Below, piece by piece: positions 1 to 9,353 of a stretch of DNA of 64,000 nt. Position numbers and translations under genes: made by a program. The stretch is from an uncultured Prevotella sp. (GTDB lineage Bacteria > Bacteroidota > Bacteroidia > Bacteroidales > Bacteroidaceae). The stretch spans positions 63,404 to 127,403 of the forward strand of contig CAMJGE010000003.1 in the NCBI GenBank assembly GCA_946405145.1, given 5' to 3'. Each line of letters begins with the position of its first letter. Within the stretch, counting starts at the first letter, position 1. The notes below the pieces were generated by a model that saw only the letters and a list, made by a program, of their open reading frames with translations, searched no databases and had not been told where the DNA came from.

Positions 1-766
1 TCTTGGCGGCTTTCTGGTAGGCCTTCATCTCGACGATGGTAGCGCGACCAGTCTTTACGCGGAATTCCTGGCGGGCACGGCGCATCTGCTCTAAGAAACG
101 CTCACTTGTATGCAGACGGGCATAGGCAACCGAAGCGGCTATGCGGGCTGCATCGACATCGCTTTGCCAGTGGGCACCTACGATGACACGGCTTTCCCCA
201 TACATATAGCCACGTGCTAAAATCGTATCGGCACGTTCTGGATTGATCTCTGAAAGTAGCAGGGCAGAGCTCCAGCCAAGCACGGTGTGGCCTGAGGGAT
301 AAGAGCCATTCGTGCGAAGATGAGGCTCATCGGCAGGATAGAGTGTCGGTTCGTTGAAACGCACGAACGGACGTTTGCGCATATAAAACCTCTTTGGATT
401 GGTGCTGATGCTGTCGCAGGTGGCTGTACCCTCGCGCAATACCTTATAAATTTCAGGTGTCTCCTCTTTTGAGATCTGCAGACCAAACGGTTCGCTGAAC
501 TCACGGATGATGCAGTCGAGACCATATACGGCATCGCGGCGGGCAATGTCGGCTCGTTCCTTACACAAACGCATTTTCTTGCCCCAAAAATATTGGGTAA
601 TGTCATAGGCGAACTGTACACTGGCCGTATCTGGCGGACCTGGATACCATTTTGTCATGTCAGGCATCTCGTTTCTTGTGAAATACGCGTCAACGGGGGA
701 CTTGTCACTCTGTGCCGAAGCACATACTGCCACCATCATGGCAGCCATCATCATTAACTTCTTCAT
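1..766 (-). CDS. Class A non-specific acid phosphatase (PAP2 family), secreted; runs off window start
   Basis: Not in ORF track. Manual translation from ATG 766: MKKLMMMAAMMVAVCASA signal peptide, then KRFYMRKRP, SYPSGHT and ESRVIVGAHWQSD, the three PAP2 motifs. Confidence 0.88.
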   Translation of the reverse strand, partial: MKKLMMMAAMMVAVCASAQSDKSPVDAYFTRNEMPDMTKWYPGPPDTASVQFAYDITQYFWGKKMRLCKERADIARRDAVYGLDCIIREFSEPFGLQISKEETPEIYKVLREGTATCDSISTNPKRFYMRKRPFVRFNEPTLYPADEPHLRTNGSYPSGHTVLGWSSALLLSEINPERADTILARGYMYGESRVIVGAHWQSDVDAARIAASVAYARLHTSERFLEQMRRARQEFRVKTGRATIVEMKAYQKAAK

Positions 767-926
767 ATCGCATATATTTATTATTGTGTACAAAATTACG
801 CATTATTAGCGATAATCACTATCTAAAGAGTCTTATAATTCCAAAAAGGGACTGAGAATTAACAAACATTTATAAAAACGTTCACTTTTATCTGTTCCTA
901 TATTGGTGCAATTCAGTTTTTTTGTT

Positions 927-934
927 TATCTTTG
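927..934 (+). promoter_or_regulatory. Bacteroidota -7 promoter element TATCTTTG
   Basis: Matches TAnnTTTG, 4 nt before ATG 939. Confidence 0.6.
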
Positions 935-938
935 CACT

Positions 939-1445
939 ATGATGGAACAGGGGTGGCAACGGATGGGTTTGGGTATCGTGATAGGTCTGGTGACCTTGGC
1001 GTGTCAAGGACAGGTTTTTTCGCTGGTGCAGAAAAGCGACAGTCTGTACCTGTTGACGCTGACCACAGACTCGACATGTAACCAATGGTCGTTGCCTTAT
1101 CCCGTGTATCGAATGGAGACGGGTGATGTGGATGGTAATGGGACTATTGAGGCGCTGGTGGGGGTGATTAAGTCAACCCGTTTTTATCCTGAAAAGGGTA
1201 GGCGACTCTTTATTTTCAAGAACTACAAAGGGCTGATAAGGCCTATGTGGTTGGGCTCAAAATTGGGTGGTAAGCTGCAAGATTTCCATTTCATAAATGG
1301 TAGGGTACGCAGCCTGGAGACCAATATTAAGGAACAATATACGGTAGCGGAATACCGTTGGGATGATTTCGGTATGGCATTTGTACGATACCTGATTAGG
1401 GATGCCGATAAGGCAGAAGCAATGGAAAAGTTTAAACCTAAATGA
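939..1445 (+). CDS. Exported/lipoprotein hypothetical with DxDxxG (FG-GAP-like) motif
   Basis: Hydrophobic N-terminus with LVTLAC; GDVDGNG motif; ATGA overlap with next gene. Start moved from 903 to ATG 939, downstream of the promoter. Confidence 0.7.
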   Translation: MMEQGWQRMGLGIVIGLVTLACQGQVFSLVQKSDSLYLLTLTTDSTCNQWSLPYPVYRMETGDVDGNGTIEALVGVIKSTRFYPEKGRRLFIFKNYKGLIRPMWLGSKLGGKLQDFHFINGRVRSLETNIKEQYTVAEYRWDDFGMAFVRYLIRDADKAEAMEKFKPK

Positions 1446-3832
1446 TAAGTGTGATGAAGATGAAGAAGTTTTTGGTAACCATGTTGTGCTTGATGGCTAT
1501 GACGGCTACGTCACAAAAGGTGCAACGCGTGATGATGCCTGGTAAAGGTGGCATTGACGTGGAGCAGTTGAACAAACGTGTGAACCTGAATCAAGACATC
1601 TCGCAGCTTAGTCTGACGGAACTACGCGTTCTTCGCAACAGTTTCTACGCCCGAGAGGGTTTCCCCTTTCGTGACGCCTTCCTGCGTGGCGTGTTCCAGT
1701 GTACCTCATGGTACGACTCTTTGATGTGGGCGCGCTGGGGCAAGGTGGAAGATCTGATGACGGGCTATGAGCGTGATGACTACTATAAAGCCGATGGCAA
1801 GTTGCCCTTCAAGATCAGCAAATCGGAATACGCGTTAATCAACAAGTTGCAGACACGCGAGAAGGAACTGAAACAACAGAACTTCAAATCGCCTATAAGC
1901 GGTCATCGTGTGAATATGGATAATGTGGTGAACGCCATGCAGATGGAAGTGTTCGACCCTCTTCTAAAGGATAAGTTAGGTCGCAACGGCTTTGCTATTG
2001 TGCCCGCCCGGCACAACCAGTTGTTTCAGGTTTATGAGACTAATGACTACTCGAACTTTCCAAACTTTGTGACCACTGATCTTTATCTGCAATTGTATCA
2101 CCTTTATTTTGACTGTCTGCTACGTGACATTGAACAGCAGAAACTACACGATGTGGTGCTACAGCTGTGCGAAAGAGGGCGTCAGCTGACCACAGGCACG
2201 ACAGCAGAACAGCAGTGGCTGAATACCTACTTCGATGTGGGCTATGCCCTGATCAAAGGTGAGAAGGGTGTTTTGGGTACAGTGGCCGATGAGGTAGAGA
2301 AAGTGAATGCCTCGGAAGCCGATACATCAAAATATCTCGGTTATATTGATATTCCTTTCTCCTATCCATTGTTCCGTCCGCGTGGTCACTATACTCGTAA
2401 TGACACGTTGAAGAACTACTTCAAAGCGATGATGTGGCTTCAGACAGTACCCTTCGGTACAGACAAAGCCTCACAATTGCAGTGTGCTGTGGTGTTGGCA
2501 GAACTCACTGCCCAGGATGCCAAGATGAAAGCTCTCTACGAACAGTTGTCTGAACCTATGACGTGGTTGTTTGGCACACCCGATAATATCACTATCCTAC
2601 AGGTATATGAGTTGATGAAAGGACAAAAGGCAACTGACTTATTGAAGAACAAGAAAGCAATGGCTCAGTTGCGTCATGCTATTGAAACCTTGGCACAACA
2701 GCAGACGCGCATCCGTCCGAAATACGAATATAGCAGTCCGTATAAGATTAACCTACTGCCACAGCGATACATGCCTGATGGTGAGGTGCTGTTGGAGATG
2801 GTTGACTATGATAGCTTCCCTACCAAACGTGCCTTACCGAAGGGGCTCGACGTAATGGCTTCGATGGGTGTCAAATCAGCAGAACGCATCCTATTAGAAG
2901 AGCAGAAAGAGTCCCAGCAATGGGAAGGTTTCTTGGCAGCACTGAGCAAGATGAAGGAGCGTATGAAGGAGATTGACTGGCAACAGACCATCAGCACGCG
3001 GTGGATGGATGCGCTGAAGACGGTAACCGATACTTGTAAGGGGTATCCCTACTTCATGCTTACCCCTGAGTGGCAGAAAAAAGACCTGAATGCTGCTCTG
3101 GCCTCATGGGCAGAACTAAAGCATGACGCCATCCTCTATGCTAAACAGCCCTTTGGTGCTGAGTGCGGCGGCGGTGGTCCCCCCGATCCAGTTGTGACAG
3201 GTTATGTGGAGCCGAATGTGAAGTTCTGGCGGAAGGCCATCCGTCTGCTTGAGGCAACTTCTGACGTGCTGGAACGCTATCACCTGACTACAGAGAAAGC
3301 AGCGCTAACCACCTCCCGATTAAAGGAAGAGGCCGAATTCCTTTTGCGTGTCAGTGAACGTGAGCTGGCAGGCAAGAAGCTTGATGAGGGCGATTATGAT
3401 GAGTTGAAGCATATTGGTGCAACGTTTGAGAATATCTCACTCGATCTGGTACGCGATGCAGACATGTATCTGATGGGTTGGGATGATGTCCAGGGAACCG
3501 ATCGTAAGGTGGCACTCATAGCTGATGTCTATACAGCCAATGCCGATAACAATCCCGAGAAGAGTGTGATGTACGTTGGTGTAGGTATGGCCGACGAGAT
3601 TTATTGTGTCGTTGAAGTGGACGGCTACCTCTGGCTGATGCGAGGTGCAGTGCTCTCCTACCGTGAGACTGAACGCCCAATAAATATACAGAGACTAACT
3701 GACGAGGAGTGGCAGAACACATTGGAGACCAATCCGGAGGAAGGCCGTCCAGTCTGGATGAAGGATATCATCGTGCCCCTGAAGGAAGTACCCCATACGA
3801 ATGAACGCTTTTTCTATAGCACTGGTTGTTAG
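1442..3832 (+). CDS. YARHG-domain + DUF3160-like exported protein
   Basis: Signal peptide; LRNSFYAREG..F....L..F....WY resembles YARHG; FRPRGHYT, LASWAELKHDAILYAKQ and GYVEPN resemble DUF3160. Confidence 0.75.
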   Translation: MISVMKMKKFLVTMLCLMAMTATSQKVQRVMMPGKGGIDVEQLNKRVNLNQDISQLSLTELRVLRNSFYAREGFPFRDAFLRGVFQCTSWYDSLMWARWGKVEDLMTGYERDDYYKADGKLPFKISKSEYALINKLQTREKELKQQNFKSPISGHRVNMDNVVNAMQMEVFDPLLKDKLGRNGFAIVPARHNQLFQVYETNDYSNFPNFVTTDLYLQLYHLYFDCLLRDIEQQKLHDVVLQLCERGRQLTTGTTAEQQWLNTYFDVGYALIKGEKGVLGTVADEVEKVNASEADTSKYLGYIDIPFSYPLFRPRGHYTRNDTLKNYFKAMMWLQTVPFGTDKASQLQCAVVLAELTAQDAKMKALYEQLSEPMTWLFGTPDNITILQVYELMKGQKATDLLKNKKAMAQLRHAIETLAQQQTRIRPKYEYSSPYKINLLPQRYMPDGEVLLEMVDYDSFPTKRALPKGLDVMASMGVKSAERILLEEQKESQQWEGFLAALSKMKERMKEIDWQQTISTRWMDALKTVTDTCKGYPYFMLTPEWQKKDLNAALASWAELKHDAILYAKQPFGAECGGGGPPDPVVTGYVEPNVKFWRKAIRLLEATSDVLERYHLTTEKAALTTSRLKEEAEFLLRVSERELAGKKLDEGDYDELKHIGATFENISLDLVRDADMYLMGWDDVQGTDRKVALIADVYTANADNNPEKSVMYVGVGMADEIYCVVEVDGYLWLMRGAVLSYRETERPINIQRLTDEEWQNTLETNPEEGRPVWMKDIIVPLKEVPHTNERFFYSTGC

Positions 3833-4679
3833 TTCGTTTGTTGTAACACTGACTGGCGACATCCTGCTTGACCGCGGGGTGCGTCAGGTGGTGGAACAGA
3901 AGGGTATAGACCATTTGTTCTCTGCGGGCATAGATTCTCTATTCCAGCATTCCGATGCGGTGGTGGGTAATTTGGAGTGTCCCGCTACGAAGATTCATGC
4001 CCCTGTGTTCAAACAGTATATCTTCAGAGCAGAACCTGAATGGCTGAACGACCTGAAACGGCATGGACTGACGCATTTGAACCTGGCGAATAATCACAGC
4101 ATCGACCAAGGGCGCAAGGGATTGATAGATACAAAACAGAATATCTTGCAAGCTGGGCTGATCCCTATCGGGGCTGGACAGAACCAAGAGGAAGCCGCCA
4201 AGCCCATATTGCTGACAGAGAAGCCACGCAAGGTGTGGTTGATTGCCTCGTTGCAACTGGCACTTGAGAATTTCCCCCGTCTGCCAGATCAACCTTGTGT
4301 GAATCAGCAGTCAATCGATATGCTCTGTCAGCGTATCGCCTTGATGAAACAGGAAGATCCGGGATGTTATATCATTGTAAGCCTTCACTGGGGATGGGAG
4401 AACCATGTAGAGGTGGTGCCACGCCAGCGCTATGACGCTCATCAACTGATAGATGCCGGGGCTGACTGTCTGGTATGCCACCATACGCATACCAGACAAC
4501 CGAATGAGATTTATCAAGGGAAACCTATTTTCTATGGTTTGGGTAACTTTATCTTCGATTCACAAAAAGATCTTAACAGTCATGGAGCGATGGTCAGATT
4601 AATCATCTCGCCACAAGAGGCTACTGCAGAGGAGATTCCTATTGTGATCAGGCAGTGCTGCCCTGTTCTTGAGAAATAA
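3801..4679 (+). CDS. CapA/PGA_cap family metallophosphoesterase
   Basis: GDILLDR, GNLECP, LANNHSID, SLHWG, CHHTH and YGLGNFIF motifs. Confidence 0.88.
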   Translation: MNAFSIALVVSSFVVTLTGDILLDRGVRQVVEQKGIDHLFSAGIDSLFQHSDAVVGNLECPATKIHAPVFKQYIFRAEPEWLNDLKRHGLTHLNLANNHSIDQGRKGLIDTKQNILQAGLIPIGAGQNQEEAAKPILLTEKPRKVWLIASLQLALENFPRLPDQPCVNQQSIDMLCQRIALMKQEDPGCYIIVSLHWGWENHVEVVPRQRYDAHQLIDAGADCLVCHHTHTRQPNEIYQGKPIFYGLGNFIFDSQKDLNSHGAMVRLIISPQEATAEEIPIVIRQCCPVLEK

Positions 4680-6849
4680 GATCGGTGGGGCTGGCGCCAA
4701 ACTCATCCCTGAAACATTTTGTGAAATAAGCGGGAGCAGAAAAACCTACCTCATAGGCTATTTCAGAAATACTTTTATTGGTCTGTTGTAACAAACGGCG
4801 TGCCTTGTGGAGACGGGCTGTACGCAACAACTCTACTGGTGATTGGCCGGTAAGGGCTTTCACCTTTCTATATAACTGCACGCGGGAGAGACTGAATTCT
4901 GCACCGATCGCCTCTACCCCTAACTCGCTGTCGGACATATTCTGTTCGATGAAATCGCGAAGTTTGATAATAAACGTGTTTTCTTTCTTTTGTGGCTCTT
5001 CAACCGGTATTTCTATCGTTTGTACCTCTTTCTCTTCGTCATTGTTGAAGATACCTTTCAACCTCAGACGGTTCTTGAGCAGGTTGTCAATGCGAGCCAG
5101 TAGCACGTCGGCAGAGAAAGGCTTAGTGATATAGGCATCGGCACCACTCTCGTATCCCTCCACTTGATGTTTGCTCAGAGCACGGGCTGTGAGCAGGATG
5201 ACAGGAATATGTGAAGTGGCCATGCTGCTCTTGATGCGCTGGCAGAACTCCAGACCATTCATTACGGGCATCATCACGTCACTTACAATCAGATCGGGCA
5301 CAATTTCATTGGCTAACGCTAGGCCTTGTTGACCATCTTCGGCCTCAGTCACCTGATAACGGTTTTGCAGAATGCGGCGTAACAAAGTGCGAATATCTGC
5401 ATTGTCGTCAACAATGAGGATTGTGTTTGTTTGGTTGTCATCTCCCATCTGTGAAACTGGTGGTAAATCAGTGGCAGTAGGTGCCATAGTGTTCTCCTGT
5501 TGCCCGCTGGAGAGAATATCGAGACTACCTGTCGCTTGTACATCGAGCATCTTGTTGGTGAGTTCTATCAGTTGGTTGGTGTTACGGTGCAAGATACTAT
5601 GGAGACTCTTGGTCTCAGAACAGGCTTCCTTGGCTTCCTTTGTTTCCATTAATTCATTAATAGAACCTTGAATGAGAGTCAGTGGTGTGCGCAGCTCGTG
5701 ACTTACTTGGGTGTAGAAGTCGAGCTTTTCACGTTCCATCCTGTTGTGTTCTTCGTCCAAACGCGCCCGCTGCAGGAAGTGATAATAGATACCCACGATC
5801 ATAAGGAGCAACAGGAAAATCAGAATACCAGCAAGAATGGTAATTACTTTATGTGTGCCGAGCTGTTGGATGTAAGCATCAGCTTTTTCCTTTAAACGCG
5901 TCATACGTTGTGCCTGGCGCATCACCTCGTCGCCCTCAAGCATCAGTACATTGGCATTCTCGCTGGTTACTATGGCAGAAGTGAGCATTGTTTCCTTTTC
6001 GTAAGGTTCACCGTTGAGAATAGCAAGAGCCAGCTGCAGGAGCTGGTCACCGCGTGTGGGGTAAATGTAGGAGGCGTCAAGCACGTCATCGCGAACCATT
6101 TGGATACCACCGTTCTTGCCAGGCAGACCATCGATGCCACAGAAGAGTGGGAGTTTTTCAACTTTAGCCTCCTGGAAGGCTTTGCGCGCACCAAGCGCCG
6201 AACGGTCATTGTGAGCAAATACCAAGTCGATATTTTCCAGGCTTCCTTTGTAGTTCTTCACTACCTCATAGCCTTTCTCCTCTGTCCAGTCGCTCTGGAG
6301 TGATGCTACGATTTCTATACCGGAATCCCTTAAGGCATCTATAAAACCTTTGTGGCGATCCTCGGCAGGAGAAGAGCCTTTCAGACCGAGAATCTCCATC
6401 ACATGTCCTTTACCATGAAGGCGCATCTCAACGTATTCGCCCATGACATGACCAATCTCGTAGTTGTCGGCACTCATAAAAGCTGTATATTTGGGCGAAT
6501 CAGTCTTACGCTCAAATACAATCACTGGAATCCCTTGGTCATAAGCACGATTGATGGCAGGGGTGACGGATGCCAGCTGATTAGGTGCTACGATAAGCAA
6601 TTGAATACCACTCTCCACCAGACTATCAATCTGAAGGATCTGTCGTTTAGAGTCGTCACGAGCCGTTGCAAAACGCAATTCCACACCATCATGGAGGGTG
6701 CTTTCAAGCAGCATTTCAGAATTCTGCCAGTCGCGCCAGATATCTTCAGAGCATTGGGATACACCAATGACGTATTTGGTCTTGCGATTGGTACATGCAC
6801 AACATATAATGGCTGTGATAATGGTTAGGTAAAGCAGCCGAAAATTCAT
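4648..6849 (-). CDS. Hybrid two-component-like regulator (sugar-binding periplasmic domain-TM-HisKA-REC-AraC) lacking HATPase domain
   Basis: RbsB-like domain (IGVSQC, FAHND, GIDG); TM; SHELRTPL; ILIVDDN..SDVMMP..KPF; C-terminal AraC HTH (IAYEVGF..YFTKCF). Confidence 0.88.
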   Translation of the reverse strand: MNFRLLYLTIITAIICCACTNRKTKYVIGVSQCSEDIWRDWQNSEMLLESTLHDGVELRFATARDDSKRQILQIDSLVESGIQLLIVAPNQLASVTPAINRAYDQGIPVIVFERKTDSPKYTAFMSADNYEIGHVMGEYVEMRLHGKGHVMEILGLKGSSPAEDRHKGFIDALRDSGIEIVASLQSDWTEEKGYEVVKNYKGSLENIDLVFAHNDRSALGARKAFQEAKVEKLPLFCGIDGLPGKNGGIQMVRDDVLDASYIYPTRGDQLLQLALAILNGEPYEKETMLTSAIVTSENANVLMLEGDEVMRQAQRMTRLKEKADAYIQQLGTHKVITILAGILIFLLLLMIVGIYYHFLQRARLDEEHNRMEREKLDFYTQVSHELRTPLTLIQGSINELMETKEAKEACSETKSLHSILHRNTNQLIELTNKMLDVQATGSLDILSSGQQENTMAPTATDLPPVSQMGDDNQTNTILIVDDNADIRTLLRRILQNRYQVTEAEDGQQGLALANEIVPDLIVSDVMMPVMNGLEFCQRIKSSMATSHIPVILLTARALSKHQVEGYESGADAYITKPFSADVLLARIDNLLKNRLRLKGIFNNDEEKEVQTIEIPVEEPQKKENTFIIKLRDFIEQNMSDSELGVEAIGAEFSLSRVQLYRKVKALTGQSPVELLRTARLHKARRLLQQTNKSISEIAYEVGFSAPAYFTKCFRDEFGASPTDLISQEQGSTA

Positions 6850-6958
6850 GGGTTATTGGTTTTATGGTGCAAAGATAAGGATTTTTTTGATATATTGCTA
6901 GCTTTTTTCTATTTTTTTTATTATTTTTGCACCCAAACAAACTTAAAACAGTAGAATA

Positions 6959-7645
6959 ATGGAAGTTTTTAATTTTGCAGAACAGAACAGTATTATCAAT
7001 CAGTACATGTCAGAACTCCGCGATAAGAGTTATCAGAAAAACCGTCTTACATTCCGTCATAATGTAGAACGTATTGGTGAGTTGATGGCTTATGAGGTAT
7101 CCAAGAAACTCGAATATAAACCCAAGACTGTGACTACGCCTCTTGGTTCATTGGAGATTCCCTTGCCAAAGGATGATATCGTTTTGGGAACTGTACTTCG
7201 TGCTGGATTGCCTTTCCATCAAGGCTTTCTGAATATCTTCGATCGTGCTGACAATGCCTATGTATCAGCCTTCCGTATGTACATCAACCGAGAGCATACC
7301 GAAGTAGGTATTCATGCCGACTATATTGCAGCTCCCAGCGTAAAGGGTAAGACGCTTATCATTGCCGACCCAATGTTGGCTACTGGTGGTTCTATGGCTG
7401 CTGCTATCGAGGCACTTCTTATGTCGGGAAAACCCAAGAAGATTCATGTGTGCTGTATTATCGCTGCTCCAGAGGGAATAGAAGTGGTGAAAGAAGCCCT
7501 ACCTGATAATTCTACCATCTGGTGTGCCTCTATTGATCAGGGTATGAACGAACATAAATATATTGTTCCTGGATTTGGCGACTGTGGTGATTTGTGCTTT
7601 GGTGAGAAGTTGCAGAGTTTTCGCAGTATAACAGATAAGCGTTAA
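6959..7645 (+). CDS. upp: Uracil phosphoribosyltransferase
   Basis: VLRAGLP, DPMLATGGS and YIVPGFGDCGD motifs. Confidence 0.95.
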   Translation: MEVFNFAEQNSIINQYMSELRDKSYQKNRLTFRHNVERIGELMAYEVSKKLEYKPKTVTTPLGSLEIPLPKDDIVLGTVLRAGLPFHQGFLNIFDRADNAYVSAFRMYINREHTEVGIHADYIAAPSVKGKTLIIADPMLATGGSMAAAIEALLMSGKPKKIHVCCIIAAPEGIEVVKEALPDNSTIWCASIDQGMNEHKYIVPGFGDCGDLCFGEKLQSFRSITDKR

Positions 7646-7650
7646 CACCT

Positions 7651-9321
7651 ATGCTTCAGGTACGCTGTAAGAACAACGGTATCACCAAGAGTTTCCCAGA
7701 GGGGAGTTCGTTGGTAGAGGTTTATCAGGCCTATGCCGACGAGTTGAAGATGCCCTATCCGGTAGTATCGGCGAAAGTAAACAATGTCTCGCAGGGACTG
7801 AAGTATCGCCTTTACCACAACCGCGATGTGGAATTTCTCGATGCCAGCGATGGCTCGGGTAGGCGTGTCTATGTACGCTCACTCTGTTTTGTATTGTATA
7901 AGGCTGTGAGTGATACATTTCCCAACTGTAAACTTTACATTGAGCATCCTCTTTCACGTGGCTATTATTGTAACTTTAAAAAACGATCAGGTAAACCTCT
8001 TATCGATGCCGATGTGAGGCTTATCTGTAATCGTATGCAGGAAATTATAGATGCTGACATGCCCTTCCGCCGTACTGAGTCTACTACAGAGGAGGCTATC
8101 CGCGTGTTCCGTGAACGAGGCTTAAGTGACAAGGTGAAGCTATTGGAGACCAGTGGACAAGCTTATACTGATTATTACACTTTGGGTGATACGGTGGATT
8201 ACTACTATGGACCATTGGTGCCTTCGGCAGGTTACCTGAAGGTATGGGGACTGGAACGCTACCAAGACGGATTGCTGTTGCGAGTGCCTGACAAGCACAA
8301 TCCCCTTGTGCTGGCGGAAAAGGTGAATCAGCCACGAACGTTTGAGGTGTTTGCAGAGAAAGTTCATTGGGATGTTATTATGCGACTCTCGAATGCGGGT
8401 GATGTGAACAAGGCTATTCTCCGTGGTTATGCCTCAGAGCTGATTCAGGTAAGTGAGGCTCTGCAGGAGAAAAAGATTGTGAAGATAGCTGAAGAGATAG
8501 ATGCCCGTTTCCATAAGGGGGTTAAGCTGGTTCTGATTACTGGCCCGTCCAGCTCTGGCAAATCCACATTCTGTAAACGCTTGTCAATCCAACTGCTTGC
8601 CTGTGGTCTCAGACCATATTCATTCTCCACAGATGATTATTTCGTGAATCGTGTTGATACGCCAAAACTACCTAATGGTCAGTACGATTTTGATAACATT
8701 GAAACTGTGGATTACAAGCTGTTGGGTGACCATCTGGCTCGTCTGATGAATGGCGAAATGGTGGAAGTGCCTGAATATAACTTTGTGACAGGAAAACGTG
8801 AGTATAACGGTAAGCGGCTTCAGTTGAAGAACGACAGTGTGCTAATCATTGAAGGAATCCATGCCCTGAACCCTTTGCTGACGGCTGGTGTAGATGAAGC
8901 TTTGAAATACAAGATTTACATTTCAGCTTTGACAAGTATCTCTCTTGATGAGCACAATTGGATTCCCACGCAGGACAACCGCTTGTTGCGCCGCATCATC
9001 CGCGATTATAATAAGGGCGCTTTTTCAGCCCGTGAGACAATCAGTCAGTGGAAGAGTGTATGTGAAGCTGAGGAACAATGGATATTCCCCTTTCAGGAGT
9101 CGGCTGATGTGATGTTCAACTCAGCACTTAACATTGAGTTTGCTGTGTTGCGTACACATGCTGAACTTATTCTTTCCTCAGTTCCCAAAAACTGTTCGGA
9201 GTACGCCGAGGCTCATCGCTTGTTGAAGTTTATTCATTACTTCATCCCCATTAGTGACAAGGAGATTCCTCCAACGAGTATCATGCGTGAGTTTGTTGGC
9301 GGTAGCAGTTTCAAGTATTAA
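7651..9321 (+). CDS. Nucleoside (uridine) kinase with N-terminal TGS/ThrRS-like domain
   Basis: SAKVNN TGS-like N-terminus; Walker A GPSSSGKST; DDYF; IEGIHALNP; RLLRRIIRD. Confidence 0.85.
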   Translation: MLQVRCKNNGITKSFPEGSSLVEVYQAYADELKMPYPVVSAKVNNVSQGLKYRLYHNRDVEFLDASDGSGRRVYVRSLCFVLYKAVSDTFPNCKLYIEHPLSRGYYCNFKKRSGKPLIDADVRLICNRMQEIIDADMPFRRTESTTEEAIRVFRERGLSDKVKLLETSGQAYTDYYTLGDTVDYYYGPLVPSAGYLKVWGLERYQDGLLLRVPDKHNPLVLAEKVNQPRTFEVFAEKVHWDVIMRLSNAGDVNKAILRGYASELIQVSEALQEKKIVKIAEEIDARFHKGVKLVLITGPSSSGKSTFCKRLSIQLLACGLRPYSFSTDDYFVNRVDTPKLPNGQYDFDNIETVDYKLLGDHLARLMNGEMVEVPEYNFVTGKREYNGKRLQLKNDSVLIIEGIHALNPLLTAGVDEALKYKIYISALTSISLDEHNWIPTQDNRLLRRIIRDYNKGAFSARETISQWKSVCEAEEQWIFPFQESADVMFNSALNIEFAVLRTHAELILSSVPKNCSEYAEAHRLLKFIHYFIPISDKEIPPTSIMREFVGGSSFKY

Positions 9322-9351
9322 AAAAATCCTCACCACTCGGTGAGGATTTTT
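9322..9351. terminator. Bidirectional intrinsic terminator
   Basis: aaaaatcctcacc-actc-ggtgaggattttt between convergent genes. Confidence 0.85.
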
Positions 9352-9353
9352 AT

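Noticed and set aside
3801-4679. Poly-gamma-glutamate capsule locus
   Set aside because: capB/capC are absent; CapA-like domains commonly occur alone
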